This document shows, piece after piece, positions 1-12,259 of a DNA stretch of 64,000 nucleotides. The first letter of the stretch is position 1; each line of letters starts with the position of its first letter. Source of the DNA: Rhina ancylostomus (taxonomy: Eukaryota); contig JARFYF010000112.1 in assembly GCA_030265395.1 (NCBI GenBank), positions 62,236,894 to 62,300,893 of the forward strand, given 5' to 3'. A program made the position numbers and the translations under genes. Below the pieces are notes generated by a model. That model did no database searches and was not told the DNA's origin. It worked only from the letters and a program-made list of their open reading frames with translations.

Positions 1-116
1 AGATTCTGTAGATGCTGGAATCTGGAGCAATACACACAGAATGCTGGAGGAACTCAGCAGGTCAGGCAGCATCTACGAAGGGAAATAAACAGTCGACGGT
101 TCAGGTCAAGACTCTT
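1..116 (-). mobile_element. Penelope-like element (PLE) terminal/pLTR fragment, truncated by N-gap
   Basis: Reverse complement of the motif gatgctgcctgacctgctgagttcctccagca...ctccagattccagcatct seen on + at 9043-9110. Confidence 0.75.
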
Positions 117-743
117 NNNNNNNNNNNNNNNNNNNNNNNNNNNNNNNNNNNNNNNNNNNNNNNNNNNNNNNNNNNNNNNNNNNNNNNNNNNNNNNNNNNN
201 NNNNNNNNNNNNNNNNNNNNNNNNNNNNNNNNNNNNNNNNNNNNNNNNNNNNNNNNNNNNNNNNNNNNNNNNNNNNNNNNNNNNNNNNNNNNNNNNNNNN
301 NNNNNNNNNNNNNNNNNNNNNNNNNNNNNNNNNNNNNNNNNNNNNNNNNNNNNNNNNNNNNNNNNNNNNNNNNNNNNNNNNNNNNNNNNNNNNNNNNNNN
401 NNNNNNNNNNNNNNNNNNNNNNNNNNNNNNNNNNNNNNNNNNNNNNNNNNNNNNNNNNNNNNNNNNNNNNNNNNNNNNNNNNNNNNNNNNNNNNNNNNNN
501 NNNNNNNNNNNNNNNNNNNNNNNNNNNNNNNNNNNNNNNNNNNNNNNNNNNNNNNNNNNNNNNNNNNNNNNNNNNNNNNNNNNNNNNNNNNNNNNNNNNN
601 NNNNNNNNNNNNNNNNNNNNNNNNNNNNNNNNNNNNNNNNNNNNNNNNNNNNNNNNNNNNNNNNNNNNNNNNNNNNNNNNNNNNNNNNNNNNNNNNNNNN
701 NNNNNNNNNNNNNNNNNNNNNNNNNNNNNNNNNNNNNNNNNNN

Positions 744-1045
744 CAGGGCACCAATGCTCAATACAAGAGGGCATGGCTTTAAGGTAATGGGTGGGAAGTT
801 CAGGGGAGATGTCAGAGGGATGTTTTTCACCTAGAGAGTGGTTGGTGCATGGAATGTGCTGCCTAGGGTGGCGGTGGAGGCAGATACGTTGGTCAAGTTC
901 AAGAGATTGTTAGATAAGCAAATGGAAGAATTTGAGATAGAGGGATATGTGGGAGGAAGGGGTTAGATAGTCTTAGGCGTGATTTAAAGGTCAGCACAAC
1001 ATGGTGGGCCAAAGGACCTGTATTGTGCTGTATTGTTCTATGGTT
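744..1045 (+). mobile_element. CR1/HER1-like LINE 3' end (ORF2 C-terminus plus tail)
   Basis: Translates TRGHGFKVMGGKFRGDVRGMFFT*RVVGAWNVLP...FKRLLDKQM, the typical CR1 ORF2 end; tail gggccaaaggacctgtattgtgctgtattgttctatg. Confidence 0.85.
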
Positions 1046-2124
1046 TTAATTCCACAGAAATAAGTCTCATTACTGTGGCAGCATCATTGTATACGCTGTC
1101 ATTCCTTACCTGAAAGTTTGCTAATGTCACATGAACATGCTGAAGTTAAACTTAAGCTTTCCTCTTAAAAAGTATAGCCTTGCTGCAACATTGAGAAATA
1201 TTTGCAGTCATGCCATAGCCACTATATTCTGGCAATGATTATACTGTGTATGACCTGCAATGAGAAGTAGATTTCTATCTCCTAATTCCTATTCATTGTG
1301 ATGCTCTATTTTGTCTACTTCAAGGAGGGAGATGGGGGAAGGGTGGAGCAGGGAACCTAGGAGAGGCTTAAAAAAATTGAGGGAAGACTTATCTGCTTGA
1401 GGGACCTCTTTTTTTATTGGAAACAACTGGATTAGTTGAGAATAATCATGAGAAGTAATGGCTTGTGTAGGGAAACAGGGACATCAAATGGAGTAGATCC
1501 AAATGCTTAGAACTGAGTGAAGCATGTTGCTTCCATTACTGAGACTCCATCAGCTGTGTCTCACTGTGTAACTTGATTGGTGCAAACATTTAAAATGAAC
1601 CTTAACTGGAATCTCATGAGGGATTTCTTATTTTGGACTTAATTGGCTCGAATGTTAGCCATTTAATGTATCTCCCTATCCACTGAATTCTAATCTAATC
1701 AAAACACTATTATCTGCACAATGGTTCGATACTGTGGTCACACTGCTGATTAGCTGCCATGAATGCTGACCACCCGTCCTTAGGGTTCAAGATCTTGAAC
1801 AATGTTCAGAACTGCAGAGTGCATGGATCAACAGCATGGATAATGTATTTTGTTCGGTGATCATAATTATTTAAGTAAGAAGCCATTTATCAGCAAATGT
1901 AGATTTGTAACATGCAATTCATAATATAGGGTGAGGGAATTATTCATTGAAGTGTCATATTTGATGAAAGTGGACCTTTACAACAAGAGGTGAGGAGATT
2001 AAATGATCTTTAGGGTTCTCCCAGATGATCATTGGTGTGCTATGTTAGTGTGAAGGACTGGAGTGTGGTGGAGGTCATTTAGTTAGCAATGGGAATTTTT
2101 ATTTTCCATAATCCTGATAAAAAT

Positions 2125-2335
2125 CATGTCCCAGGAGGTAGAAGAGGGAAAAGAGAATGGCCAGGTTGGTAGGCATCCTCGATAATACTGTTAGGCTTCC
2201 TGATGCAACGCACCATGAAGATAGGCCATGAAGGATATGATGAGCAGTGGTGGACTACGCAGAGTTTATCACTTTCTGTAGGTTCTGTCAGTCAAGAACA
2301 GAGCAGTTGCCATACCAGTCTGAGATGCACAGTGA
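2125..2335 (-). mobile_element. Old Rex1/Babar-like LINE ORF2 3' fragment
   Basis: gagcagttgccataccagtctgagatgca (minus strand CISDWYGNCS) matches the CITAWFG motif region of the copy at 22962-23252. Confidence 0.6.
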
Positions 2336-3029
2336 TGATATTAAGTGTACCCATTCTAGAGTCCAAAACTTAAGTCAAGACCTTGAGTCTTAAAGTTTTA
2401 GGATTCTATCAGTACCCTCACTTTAGGGAGATTATACTATATCAAACTGTAATGCAGAGACCAATTCACTTAATTACTTTAGTCTCTTTTCTGAAGGGGT
2501 TTAGCTGTCAATCATCACTATTTTGAGCAGTGGGTCCCTCTTCCCAACCAAGGAGGAAATACTTCCAGCTAACGAAACAGATTTCACACAGTTATTTTAT
2601 TTAAATAGGGCACATTTACTTGAGGAGTAAATTCTAACAGAGATTATAATTCTACAGAGGATTTCCAAATACGAGTATAATTCTTACAGACTATAAAAAC
2701 ATACCAATGAGTTACAGACAAACATGTCGTCTGTCGCAGAAGGAAGGCTCTGGGAAGGGATCCATCTCTGGTCAAGGCTGAGGAGTGGACTCTGTGTCTT
2801 CATCTCAGTAACTCCTCCTCACCCTTACTTCCTTCTAATATTTATATCTTTTCTTGCCAGTCATCTAGTGATGACCTCATCTGTGTGTGATGTTTTCACA
2901 GCTACATTGATCAGATGAGGTGGCTGGAGCTTTAGGTTAACAAAGGCAATGTTGTTTCTTCTGATTAGGTTGCAGTCTCAGTTAAATCAACAATAGACTT
3001 CCTGAGCCTGGACAGCATTGTTTCTCAAG

Positions 3030-3071
3030 AGGATAAGATCAGATATCTTTATTAGTCACATGTACATTGAA
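3030..3071 (-). mobile_element. 3' tail of V-SINE, remainder in N-gap
   Basis: gataagatcagatatctttattagtcacatgtacattga matches the tail at 21377-21412. Confidence 0.7.
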
Positions 3072-3489
3072 NNNNNNNNNNNNNNNNNNNNNNNNNNNNN
3101 NNNNNNNNNNNNNNNNNNNNNNNNNNNNNNNNNNNNNNNNNNNNNNNNNNNNNNNNNNNNNNNNNNNNNNNNNNNNNNNNNNNNNNNNNNNNNNNNNNNN
3201 NNNNNNNNNNNNNNNNNNNNNNNNNNNNNNNNNNNNNNNNNNNNNNNNNNNNNNNNNNNNNNNNNNNNNNNNNNNNNNNNNNNNNNNNNNNNNNNNNNNN
3301 NNNNNNNNNNNNNNNNNNNNNNNNNNNNNNNNNNNNNNNNNNNNNNNNNNNNNNNNNNNNNNNNNNNNNNNNNNNNNNNNNNNNNNNNNNNNNNNNNNNN
3401 NNNNNNNNNNNNNNNNNNNNNNNNNNNNNNNNNNNNNNNNNNNNNNNNNNNNNNNNNNNNNNNNNNNNNNNNNNNNNNNNNNNNNNNNN

Positions 3490-3825
3490 ATGTGCCCAGT
3501 CTTCTGAGATGCCTAAGAAAATAAATACATTGATGCGCTTTTTTGATCACCGTATCAGTGTGAAGGGACCAGATGAGGTTGCAGGTAATATGGATACCAA
3601 AGAACTTGAAGCTGTTGACCATCTCTATGGCAGCTCCATTGATGAGGACAGGGTTGTGTTCATCCTTCCACTTCCTTCAGAACCAACTCTTTCATCTTGC
3701 TGATGTTAAGGGCCAGACAGTTGTTGTTCTGATACCACGACACAAGGTTCACAATCTCTTTCCTGTCCTCCAACTCATTTTTGGTGATCTAGCCAATAAC
3801 GGTTGTATCATCGGTGAAGTGGTAG
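3490..3825 (-). mobile_element. Rex1/Babar-like LINE RT fragment
   Basis: Minus ORF VNSFKFFGIHITCNLIWSLHTDTVIKKAHQCIYFLRHLRRLG. Confidence 0.8.
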
Positions 3826-3908
3826 AAATTCAGCCATGATACCATTCAATGGTGGAGCAGGCTTAAAAGACCAAATGGCCTAAACCTAGACCCAATTTTG
3901 TTCTTATG
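3826..3908 (+). mobile_element. CR1-like LINE 3' tail
   Basis: cagccatgat...aatggtggagcaggctt...aaatggccta...ttcttatg tail motif; its reverse complement is at 33125-33175. Confidence 0.6.
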
Positions 3909-4779
3909 AACGGGGATGAAATTGTTTCTCTGGGAATACAATGTCTGAATGACCTCTCTAATGCAGTGGTGAACAGCAAATCAAAAGACATGGCAGAGAT
4001 CAGCTTGGAATAATCCTGACTGAGGAAGTTGCAAATCAATGTGACCTAGATGGTTACTCAAAGTTGTGGAGGGCCATTCTGAATAGCACTGAGAATCTCA
4101 TGTGGGGAACACAAAAAAGTCCAGTGTNNNNNNNNNNNNNNNNNNNNNNNNNNNNNNNNNNNNNNNNNNNNNNNNNNNNNNNNNNNNNNNNNNNNNNNNN
4201 NNNNNNNNNNNNNNNNNNNNNNNNNNNNNNNNNNNNNNNNNNNNNNNNNNNNNNNNNNNNNNNNNNNNNNNNNNNNNNNNNNNNNNNNNNNNNNNNNNNN
4301 NNNNNNNNNNNNNNNNNNNNNNNNNNNNNNNNNNNNNNGTGGACTTTGAGAAGTGCTTGAGCAGAAAGCAGTAGGTTAAGAAGCTGCAAGTTGGATCTGT
4401 TGGTCAGCAGAGTATCCCATGAAACAGCAGGAAAACAACAAGGTACTGTGATATGCTCCTAGTTTCAGAGATACATTGCAACCGAAGTTGTAGTGTACGC
4501 TGGTGGAAATGGCTGGTGATATTATCTGGGGTTTGTCTGATGCCAGTAAAAAGTCGGGAGCACTAACATAGTTTGGGCCCAGAGTGACTGATTCTATATC
4601 ATAATTGGTATGATTTTGTCTGGTAAAAGTATCTGGTGCAAGCTTCTTTGAGTAAAATCAAAATTGAATTGCATGGCATGAAAAATGATCAACATGCAAT
4701 CTGATTTCTAGACCATTGCGTGAAAATAAAATCAAGTGAAGAATTTGGGAAGATTTTTTTTAACCATAGTAATGCGAGA

Positions 4780-5035
4780 ATTTGGAACTAGCAGCAGGAT
4801 GATTGATGAATATAATATTGATTGCATTCGTAAGCATGAAAATACAGAAGGATCTTAGCGTACAATTGGATGAAATGTATAACATTAATGTGCAGGTACA
4901 GCAAGCAAGTAGGAAGGTAAGTGGTAACTTTTCCTCTGCAAGAGAGATGGGAGTACAAGAGCATACCGAGAGTACTGTGCACAATTTTGGCCTCTGTACC
5001 TAGGAAAAGATACACTTAGCTTGGAAACATTACAA
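4780..5035 (+). mobile_element. Degraded CR1-like RT C-terminal fragment
   Basis: IQKDLSVQLDEMYNINVQVQQASRKVSG resembles VQRDLGVLVQGTRKVSHQVGLVVRKGNA of the copy at 33836-34081. Confidence 0.6.
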
Positions 5036-6236
5036 TTCTGGGTGATACTGTGTGCTGGCATGTTATGCACACAAGACCATGAAGCAAAATCATTAACTTC
5101 AGGGTATGTGTGGTAAATCCAAAACAAGTTGTTTGCTGCAGCAATTGTTAAGGGACCTACACCATAGTTTTTTAGGCAGCAGCTTGATTGTTACACTCCC
5201 ATTGTGAAATAACAATATTTGTGTCACTGCATGAAAGGAACCATGTTGTTCTTTCTGCAGAAAAGTATCGCAATGTTCTGAATATAGAATAGATATAGAT
5301 TATTAGACAGACTAAATAGAAAAAAACATTCTTAATGGTGCACTATTAGAAGTATTCTCTACTGAATATCTGATTCTGCAGCTAGAACAAAATTCCATCT
5401 TTCCTATTGCAAGTAAATACAAGGTAATTGTTATTAGACAGTATTGACGAAGGTCACAACTGACTTCGTCTTCAGGCTACAGGTCACTGCAGTAGATTTC
5501 TACTCTGAATGTGATTGATAAGTTGACAAAAAGATTACAACCACAGTTTCTATGGCAATTGCCAGCTTTTATTCAAAAACATAAGGAACCTTAAGCAATA
5601 ATGAAATGGAATTGCATGTGGACATTTTTTTATATCTTAAGGGCCATTTGATACATTTTTTTTATCAAGGATAGCAAATTGATCTTTCATCCAACCTGTC
5701 TATTTGACAATATTTTTAGGGGTAAAAGATTAAATCTTCTGGGAAACAATCCATGGTAAAACTCAGAAGGGCATTGAAATAACTATGTTTCCCTTTGAAC
5801 ATTTTGGTTATTATTACAAAGGAGAGGTGGCAAAAAAGTTTTTCGGCTAGAGGCGATATTTGGAGGTGGGAGACTGTGACAAGGCAATCAGGAATTCATC
5901 CAGCTATAGCTGGAAACTTGAGGCACATTCCATCTGCTTCTGGTATGTGGTATCCAATAGACACTATGTTACACTCTGTTCAGAAATTGTTGTCAGTCTG
6001 CTCACCAAATTGGAAAACAAAACTACAAAGAGGAAATTAGAAGAATCTAACTAGATAAAACACACAAGCTAGTACGGTAGTGTAGCGGTTAGTGTAACGC
6101 TATTACAGCGCCAGCGNNNNNNNNNNNNNNNNNNNNNNNNNNNNNNNNNNNNNNNNNNNNNNNNNNNNNNNNNNNNNNNNNNNNNNNNNNNNNNNNNNNN
6201 NNNNNNNNNNNNNNNNAACTAGATAAAACACAAAAG

Positions 6237-6536
6237 CTAGTACGGTAGTGTAGCGGTTAGTGTAACGCTATTACAGCGCCAGCGACCCAGGTTCAATTCC
6301 CGCTGCTGTCTGTAAGAAGTTTGTGCGTTCTCTCCGTGTCTGCATGGGTTTCCTCCGGGTGCTCTGGTTTCCTCCCACGTTCCAAAGATATACGGGTTAG
6401 GAAGTTGTGGGCATGCTATGTTGGCGCCGGAAGTGTGGCAACACTTGCAGGCTACCCCCAGAACACTCTACGCAAAGATGTATTTCACTTTGCGTTTCGA
6501 TGTACATGTGACTAATAGAGATCTTAGCTTATCTTA
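6237..6536 (+). mobile_element. Near-complete tRNA-derived V-SINE (HE1-like) with Rex1-type tail
   Basis: A-box-like ggtagtgtagcggttag, B-box ggttcaattccc, V-domain tgggtttcctccgggtgctctggtttcctcccac, tail gtacatgtgactaat...cttatctta. Confidence 0.9.
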
Positions 6537-7889
6537 AATTAGAATGTTTTTATTCAACAACTATTTTTGAATCACAAAAGTATTTTTCAAAAATGATATA
6601 TTGTTTTTATCCATGTTTATTTATCCTAAAGTTCTAAAATTATTCCAAAATTTAGGAAGAATTGTATTGCTTGTGCTGTATAGTTGCTGAGAGGCAACAG
6701 CTCCCTAATCTGCTTGGTTATTTACCCAAGTCACTTTATTTCTTCTGTGAATCTGCTTATGGCATTCACATATTGTCCTCTGCAGTGGAAAGTTCCCAAC
6801 ACACTAACGCCTGCGGTTTCTGTTTCACCACTGCACAGATTAAATTTAAAATCAGCAGCATCATCTGAGAATAAATTAGAATAGGCACTTTGGTGATTCT
6901 TTTAAATACCTTAAGGGCAAAATGAGGTTAGAGAATATCAGCTTCTCCAACAGCAAAGAATTTAAAAGTGACCTGACATAATTACTTATTCAGTTAATGG
7001 ATTTTGAAAAGTAAAAAAAAATGTGTACAGCCTTAACGTAAGGCAAGGTCTGGACTTTAAACTTTACGAGTGACAGAGATTTGTAAAATGTATTAAAGAA
7101 AGAACCATTGAGGAAAGAGAATTATAGAAATACTCCAGGGGTAAAATAAGTGAAAATACTGGGGAAAAAAAAGACACCAAAGTAACGAATCAAAACAAGT
7201 TCCATGATTTTAAAAAAATCAAATTACAAAGCAAGCAAGAAAAAAAGTGGTTTTGGAACTCTACGTTCAAAATGCAGACAAAGAAACAGAGAAAGGAGAC
7301 CGATGTGGATGGAATTTTATTTTTAAATAGAATAAGTGAAATGTGAATTGCCACTTAAATTGGAATATAAATGTTAATCTTCTGCTTTAAGATAAGGCAG
7401 AGTACTGACAACAAGAAGGCCAATTATTACCTTGGTGTCAGATTGGTAACCTTGCTCTGTGGCACATTCAGGTGGCATGAAATTGCTTCAAATTTATTTT
7501 ACAACCTTTAGCATACTTCTTGTTTACCAATATTCATGCAGAGCAGAATTTCGATTTCCACTTTTGGCTCCTCCATTTAATTTTCAGTTCATATTTCTTG
7601 ACACTTCCATGTTTTGTAACGTAGCTATCCATGACATGTACAATTTTTTGAGACCCATATTCAAAAAAAACTCTTGAAGCCCAAACAAATAATCACTTGT
7701 AGTTCAGAATCTCAAATGGTTATTCAAATGGTACTGAGTAAAATAACCCTTGCAGCCAGGTTTTCTGCAGGCCCAAGTTGATCAAGCTTGGCTTCCATTG
7801 TTGTTGAATGTCCATCTGTGAGATGAAGTCTCCTTCAAGAAGACTGCTTCTTATCCTTATGAACTTCTTTTTTGATCGGATCAACAGAG

Positions 7890-8170
7890 TACAATAACAT
7901 AACGGTTAAGCTACTGGACTGGCAGCCAGAGGTCAGGACCCTCAATCTAGAAATCCACTATTGTAAGTGGGAAAGTTATACTCAATGAACAATATTAATC
8001 TGGAATTTAAAAAAACAAAACTTCCAGTGACAAAAAGTCAAAACTAATGGATTGTTGTAAAAACCCACCTGATACAATAATGTCATTTGGAGAATGAAAT
8101 CTGCCATCCTTAGTCAGATCTAGATACAACTGCAAATCCACCCATGCCCATAACTGCCTCTTCAGCCTTG
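7890..8170 (+). mobile_element. Old elasmobranch SINE (second family)
   Basis: ggattgttgtaaaaacccac...aatgtcatttggagaatgaaatctgccatcctta core; related minus copy near 43800-44100. Confidence 0.55.
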
Positions 8171-8990
8171 CCAAAGGACAGTAAATCCAGATCCTGTCAA
8201 CAAATTGCAAACACAACTAACATTTCATTAGGCTTTCTCAGCACAAATTAGAAATGTTTTCTCCTGATCAAAGCACCAGACCTTAGCATAAAGTCCATCT
8301 TGATGGTTTAATTATTAATTAGTTAACCTTGGACTTTCTGAAACCTAGACCATTCCAAATAGTTAATGTGATTACTGGCTAACCTGTTCGTTACCCACAT
8401 TGTTTCAGCCAACCTTTATCACACATGCTTTTATCCGATTGACTTCGATAGAAATCTTGATTTAATTCTGAATGGAACAACTTTCATTTCATGAAAATGA
8501 TGGTTTAACTCCCATCTTTGTAACCAATGTGTACTTAAACACAAACCAGTCAGTGTATGTGATCAACTACATCTTCACTTTTATAAGAGCTCACTGTTTG
8601 GCAAGACTTTACTTAAATGTAACAAAGTCATCTTTGCTATCTGCAGCACCTAAAAACAGCTCCCAATGCAAGACAAATGAAACAGTCTGGCTATCATATT
8701 AACCAGACCAATTCCACTGCAGATCAACTTGTTGACAACCACAACAGTGGACATTTTCACAAATGTCAGTAGTTTGTCTCGGTGTTCTTTTACTACCCAG
8801 TAATGTTCACTGAGTAGCAGAACTGTTTGTTAAAGCATGTGTCCTCTACATAGTGGGAGGATGTGAGACCACCAGCATAGATTGTCATACGCAAATCTTG
8901 AAAGAAGTACAAATTGTGAGATCAGGTGCATTGTGATAACAAATAAGAATGAAGTATCATATTTCTAAATGTTGACTGCCACTGCAATGG

Positions 8991-9131
8991 ATCCTGATGA
9001 GGGGTCTCAGCCTGAAACGTCAACTTTTTGTTTTCCTTCATAGATGCTGCCTGACCTGCTGAGTTCCTCCAGCACTTTTTGTGTTTTGCTCCAGATTCCA
9101 GTATCTGCAGAATCCTTTGTGTCTCTGTTCT
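8991..9131 (+). mobile_element. Short PLE-derived element with hammerhead core and 10-bp TSD
   Basis: CTGATGA (8994-9000), stem II, GAAACGTC (9014-9021), then pLTR body; flanked by actgcaatgg at 8981-8990 and 9132-9141. Confidence 0.8.
8994..9021 (+). ncRNA. Minimal type I hammerhead ribozyme core (stem I disrupted, probably inactive in this copy)
   Basis: CUGAUGA-gGGGUcucaGCCU-GAAAC-GUC matches the minimal PLE hammerhead layout with palindromic ACGU stem III. Confidence 0.6.
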
Positions 9132-10153
9132 ACTGCAATGGGTTGTTGCCCGGATGAAAGGTTTCTGTAGAGGTAACTGATTATTTTCACCTTGCAACTA
9201 TCTATATCCCACTGAATTTTATATCCAATTTCACTTTTTGTTTTCTGGGGAAACTGGACAGTGGGAGATTTCTGATTTGGATCACCATTGGTTCTCCATT
9301 GGCAGCAAAATTCATGCAGCTGATCAGCATTCTATCATTTGCATAATCTGTGTGAAATATGATGATAGAGTATAAAATTCCTGATGGTTCATAGTCCTTC
9401 TCCAGCTGTGTGACAAATGATTATTTTTAAAGCTCACTGTAAGCAAAGATGCCAACACAGAGATTGTTGGAGTTGTAGTAAAATCAAACACATGATTTCC
9501 CAGTAACTTCTGTCTTCACTATAAACTTGGCTTTATTGCCAGTATTATCTTGAAACCTCTAATATGTATTCTGTTAGAAGTATAAGTAGGGGAAATACAG
9601 TAGAAAGGGCGAGGGAACAGAAGAAAGAATGAGTGAAGAGGAACTGACAAAATGAAAAGAGGAAAGACAGTGAAGAAAACACACTGGCCAAAGTGGAAAC
9701 TTAAAGCAGGGTCAAAGAATTTTAACCCCTTGGGCAATGATGGATTTACCATGCATTTGTTCTGTATCAGATTACCCCCATTTTCTTTCATCTATTCTAC
9801 AAAAATTCCTCCCATGACTAGGCTAAATTCCAACATACGGGGCCAGTGGCATTTTTAAAAAATTTACTTTCGATTGTTCAGAAATTTTATGTGCTTGTCA
9901 ATCATTTATACGATATTTGTTGCTGATTGTATGAAAGGTTGTGTAAAAGTGATAGAGAGTATTAGCAGGGCTCTTGCATGGGGCACAACAAAAAAACATC
10001 TTCGAGGAGAGATTGTTATTTCAATGTACATAGTAATATGGGTAAACTAGTATATTGCAACTTGTTGTCATAGTTAAAAGCAAGGTACAAGTTGTGCAAC
10101 AGGGCCATGGCACCCTACAGTCACAAGGGAATGGTCAGCACAATAAATATCAT

Positions 10154-10734
10154 ATCAGACAACTTAAGTTAATATTCATTCACGGAATGTGACAGTCTCT
10201 GTCAAGGTCAGAATTTATTGGCCATCACTAAAGGTGGCATTATGGTACACTCTTGAAACAGTGTTTTCCATGTGGTGAAGATTGGCTCTTGAGGCAGTTA
10301 GACAAAAAGTATAAGGATTTTGACCCTGTAGTGCAAATTTAACTAATATGATGGAGTTGTACCAGACATGACTGTTTAATTGACATTATTGGTAGTGCTG
10401 GACTCAGAGATATAGGACACTATGGGGATCCTATAACAGCAATGCCTCAAACCACAGATAGGGTCTCAGAGTCATGGAGTGATGCAGCACAGAAACAGAC
10501 CCTTTGGCCTGTCAGGACTATGCAGGCCATCAAGCACCTTCTTTATGCTAATCTGCCACTGATCCCAAAATCCTTATACTTGCTGTCTAACGGTCTCAAG
10601 AGCCAATCTTCATCACGTGGAAAACACTGATTCAAGAACATACCTTAATTGCACCTTTAGTGATGGCCAATAAATTCTGACCTTGACGGAGACCATCACA
10701 TTCCATGGATGAATATTAATATAAGTTGTCTGAT
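10154..10734. repeat. 169-bp inverted repeat (arms 10154-10322 and 10566-10734)
   Basis: Manual alignment gives about 20 mismatches in 169 nt with no indels. Confidence 0.9.
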
Positions 10735-10797
10735 CCTATTTTATTCTCTCCACATTCCATCAACTCCCCCCAGACCCCACTCGGATTCTACCACTGT
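10467..10797 (-). mobile_element. V-SINE 3' portion interrupted by the inverted-repeat right arm
   Basis: cagcacagaaacagaccctttggcc...ccatcaagcacc...taatct resumes after the insert as cctattttattctctccacattccatcaactccccc, collinear with 42855-42980. Confidence 0.7.
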
Positions 10798-11029
10798 CAG
10801 TGGAGCCACTGTGCACCCCTCATATGAGGGGGAAAAAATGAAAATCTTGAAAGGTCATTTTAATCTGGCACCATCGGAGATTTTCAAGAGCTACATGTTT
10901 GTCATGTCAAACCAGCAACAAGAGGAAATGACCAGCACTGGTGTGGTCACAATAAAAGATACTGCCCATAAGGTGCAATTTCCAGACCTGCTCTGGTGTT
11001 GAGGGATCACGTTGTGTCCAAATGTGGAT

Positions 11030-11570
11030 CATAAGAAAAAGATGCAGGGTTAAGTCATTAGGTCCTTCATGCCTGCTCCACTGATCAATAATGGCTGATC
11101 TTTTACCTCACAGCCAGTTTCCTGCATTAACCCCATATTCCTTAGTTTTGTTCATATCCAAAATCTATCCATCTCTGTCTTGAACATACACAGGTACTGA
11201 ACCTTCGCAGCTATCTTGGGAAATCAAAAGATTCACTGCTCTCTGAGTGAAGAAACTTATGTTTATCTCAGTTCTAAATGACAAACCACTTATTTTGAGA
11301 CTGTGACCCCTGAATCAGGACATGTTGCAGGGGAAGCATCATCCCTGTCAAGGCCCAACAAGTTTTGGAGGTTTCAATGAGATACCTCTTGGAGACTAGC
11401 CTAGTCTACTTAAACTCTTCACCAAGATCAAGTCCCCCCACCTCCCACACTCCAGCATGTGACCTGGTGGAACTTTGCTGTACTTTTTCTTTTGTAAGTA
11501 TATCTTTTCTTAGTTCAGGAAAACAGACCTGTTGCACATGTTCCAGGTCTCTACTGAGCCCTTTATAATT
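11030..11570 (-). mobile_element. CR1-like LINE 3' region, degraded
   Basis: Tail cctgctccactgatcaataatggctgatc, then ORF2-end motifs (ctctgagtgaagaaa, ttcaatgagatacctct). Confidence 0.7.
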
Positions 11571-12259
11571 GTGGTATGACTGGTGGATGAGAAAATCCAG
11601 GCAAAACTAATTTGCACAATGGAGTTAATGATTGAGTCCATCAGTGTGGAGATGAGGCTTAAAACGTGAGGCAATTTCTGTAAGGGCATGATTCCAAACT
11701 GTAAGTGGGGTACAAGCCCACAGAGATGGTAATATCAGTGCAGCTTTCTTCTTTGCACCAAGTCATATGGACGCCACCGGTGGGTTTGATGGGAAGCCAG
11801 AAAGTTACATCAGTTCAAAAGGTGGGCAGACTGTGATGGAAAAGGCAGGAGGTCAGCTGGTCTTAGAATATCCATTCAAGATGGCCAGAGAATTTAGACC
11901 AGGGTGAAGTTCACCAGAAGAAAAGACATTGTGAATCTGTGGGCAGTGGAAGACAGTCCATTACAAACAGCTCAAGTCAAAGGAATTAATTGCCAAATCA
12001 CTGACCAATCTCACAACAAACAATGTCTTCCCAAAGCTCGATGGAAGGCAGCTCAGAAGAAGTCTACTACAATCGATTTGAACAGTATGAAAGTGTCAGT
12101 TCACAGGAATTTCGTGACCCCATTCAATGTAAGAGTTCACTAACCAGGTGACCGGCACCCTGTGCCAAACCTTTTACCATGGTGAGGTGATATTGATATT
12201 GTGCCAGTATGGTGGCACAAACAATACTTGCAGTATTGACTGCAAACAATACTGATATG

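Noticed and set aside
12-830. Long ORFs in the track here and at other gaps
   Set aside because: Open only because they run through N stretches.
1785-1800. Perfect 16-bp palindrome gttcaagatcttgaac
   Set aside because: About one such palindrome is expected by chance in 64 kb.
6049-6284. Direct repeat of about 68 bp on both sides of a gap (apparent tandem SINE head)
   Set aside because: Flanks a 100-N placeholder gap (6117-6216); unmerged contig overlap, an assembly artefact.
6240-6310. tRNA-like A/B boxes
   Set aside because: SINE head, no full cloverleaf; not a tRNA gene.
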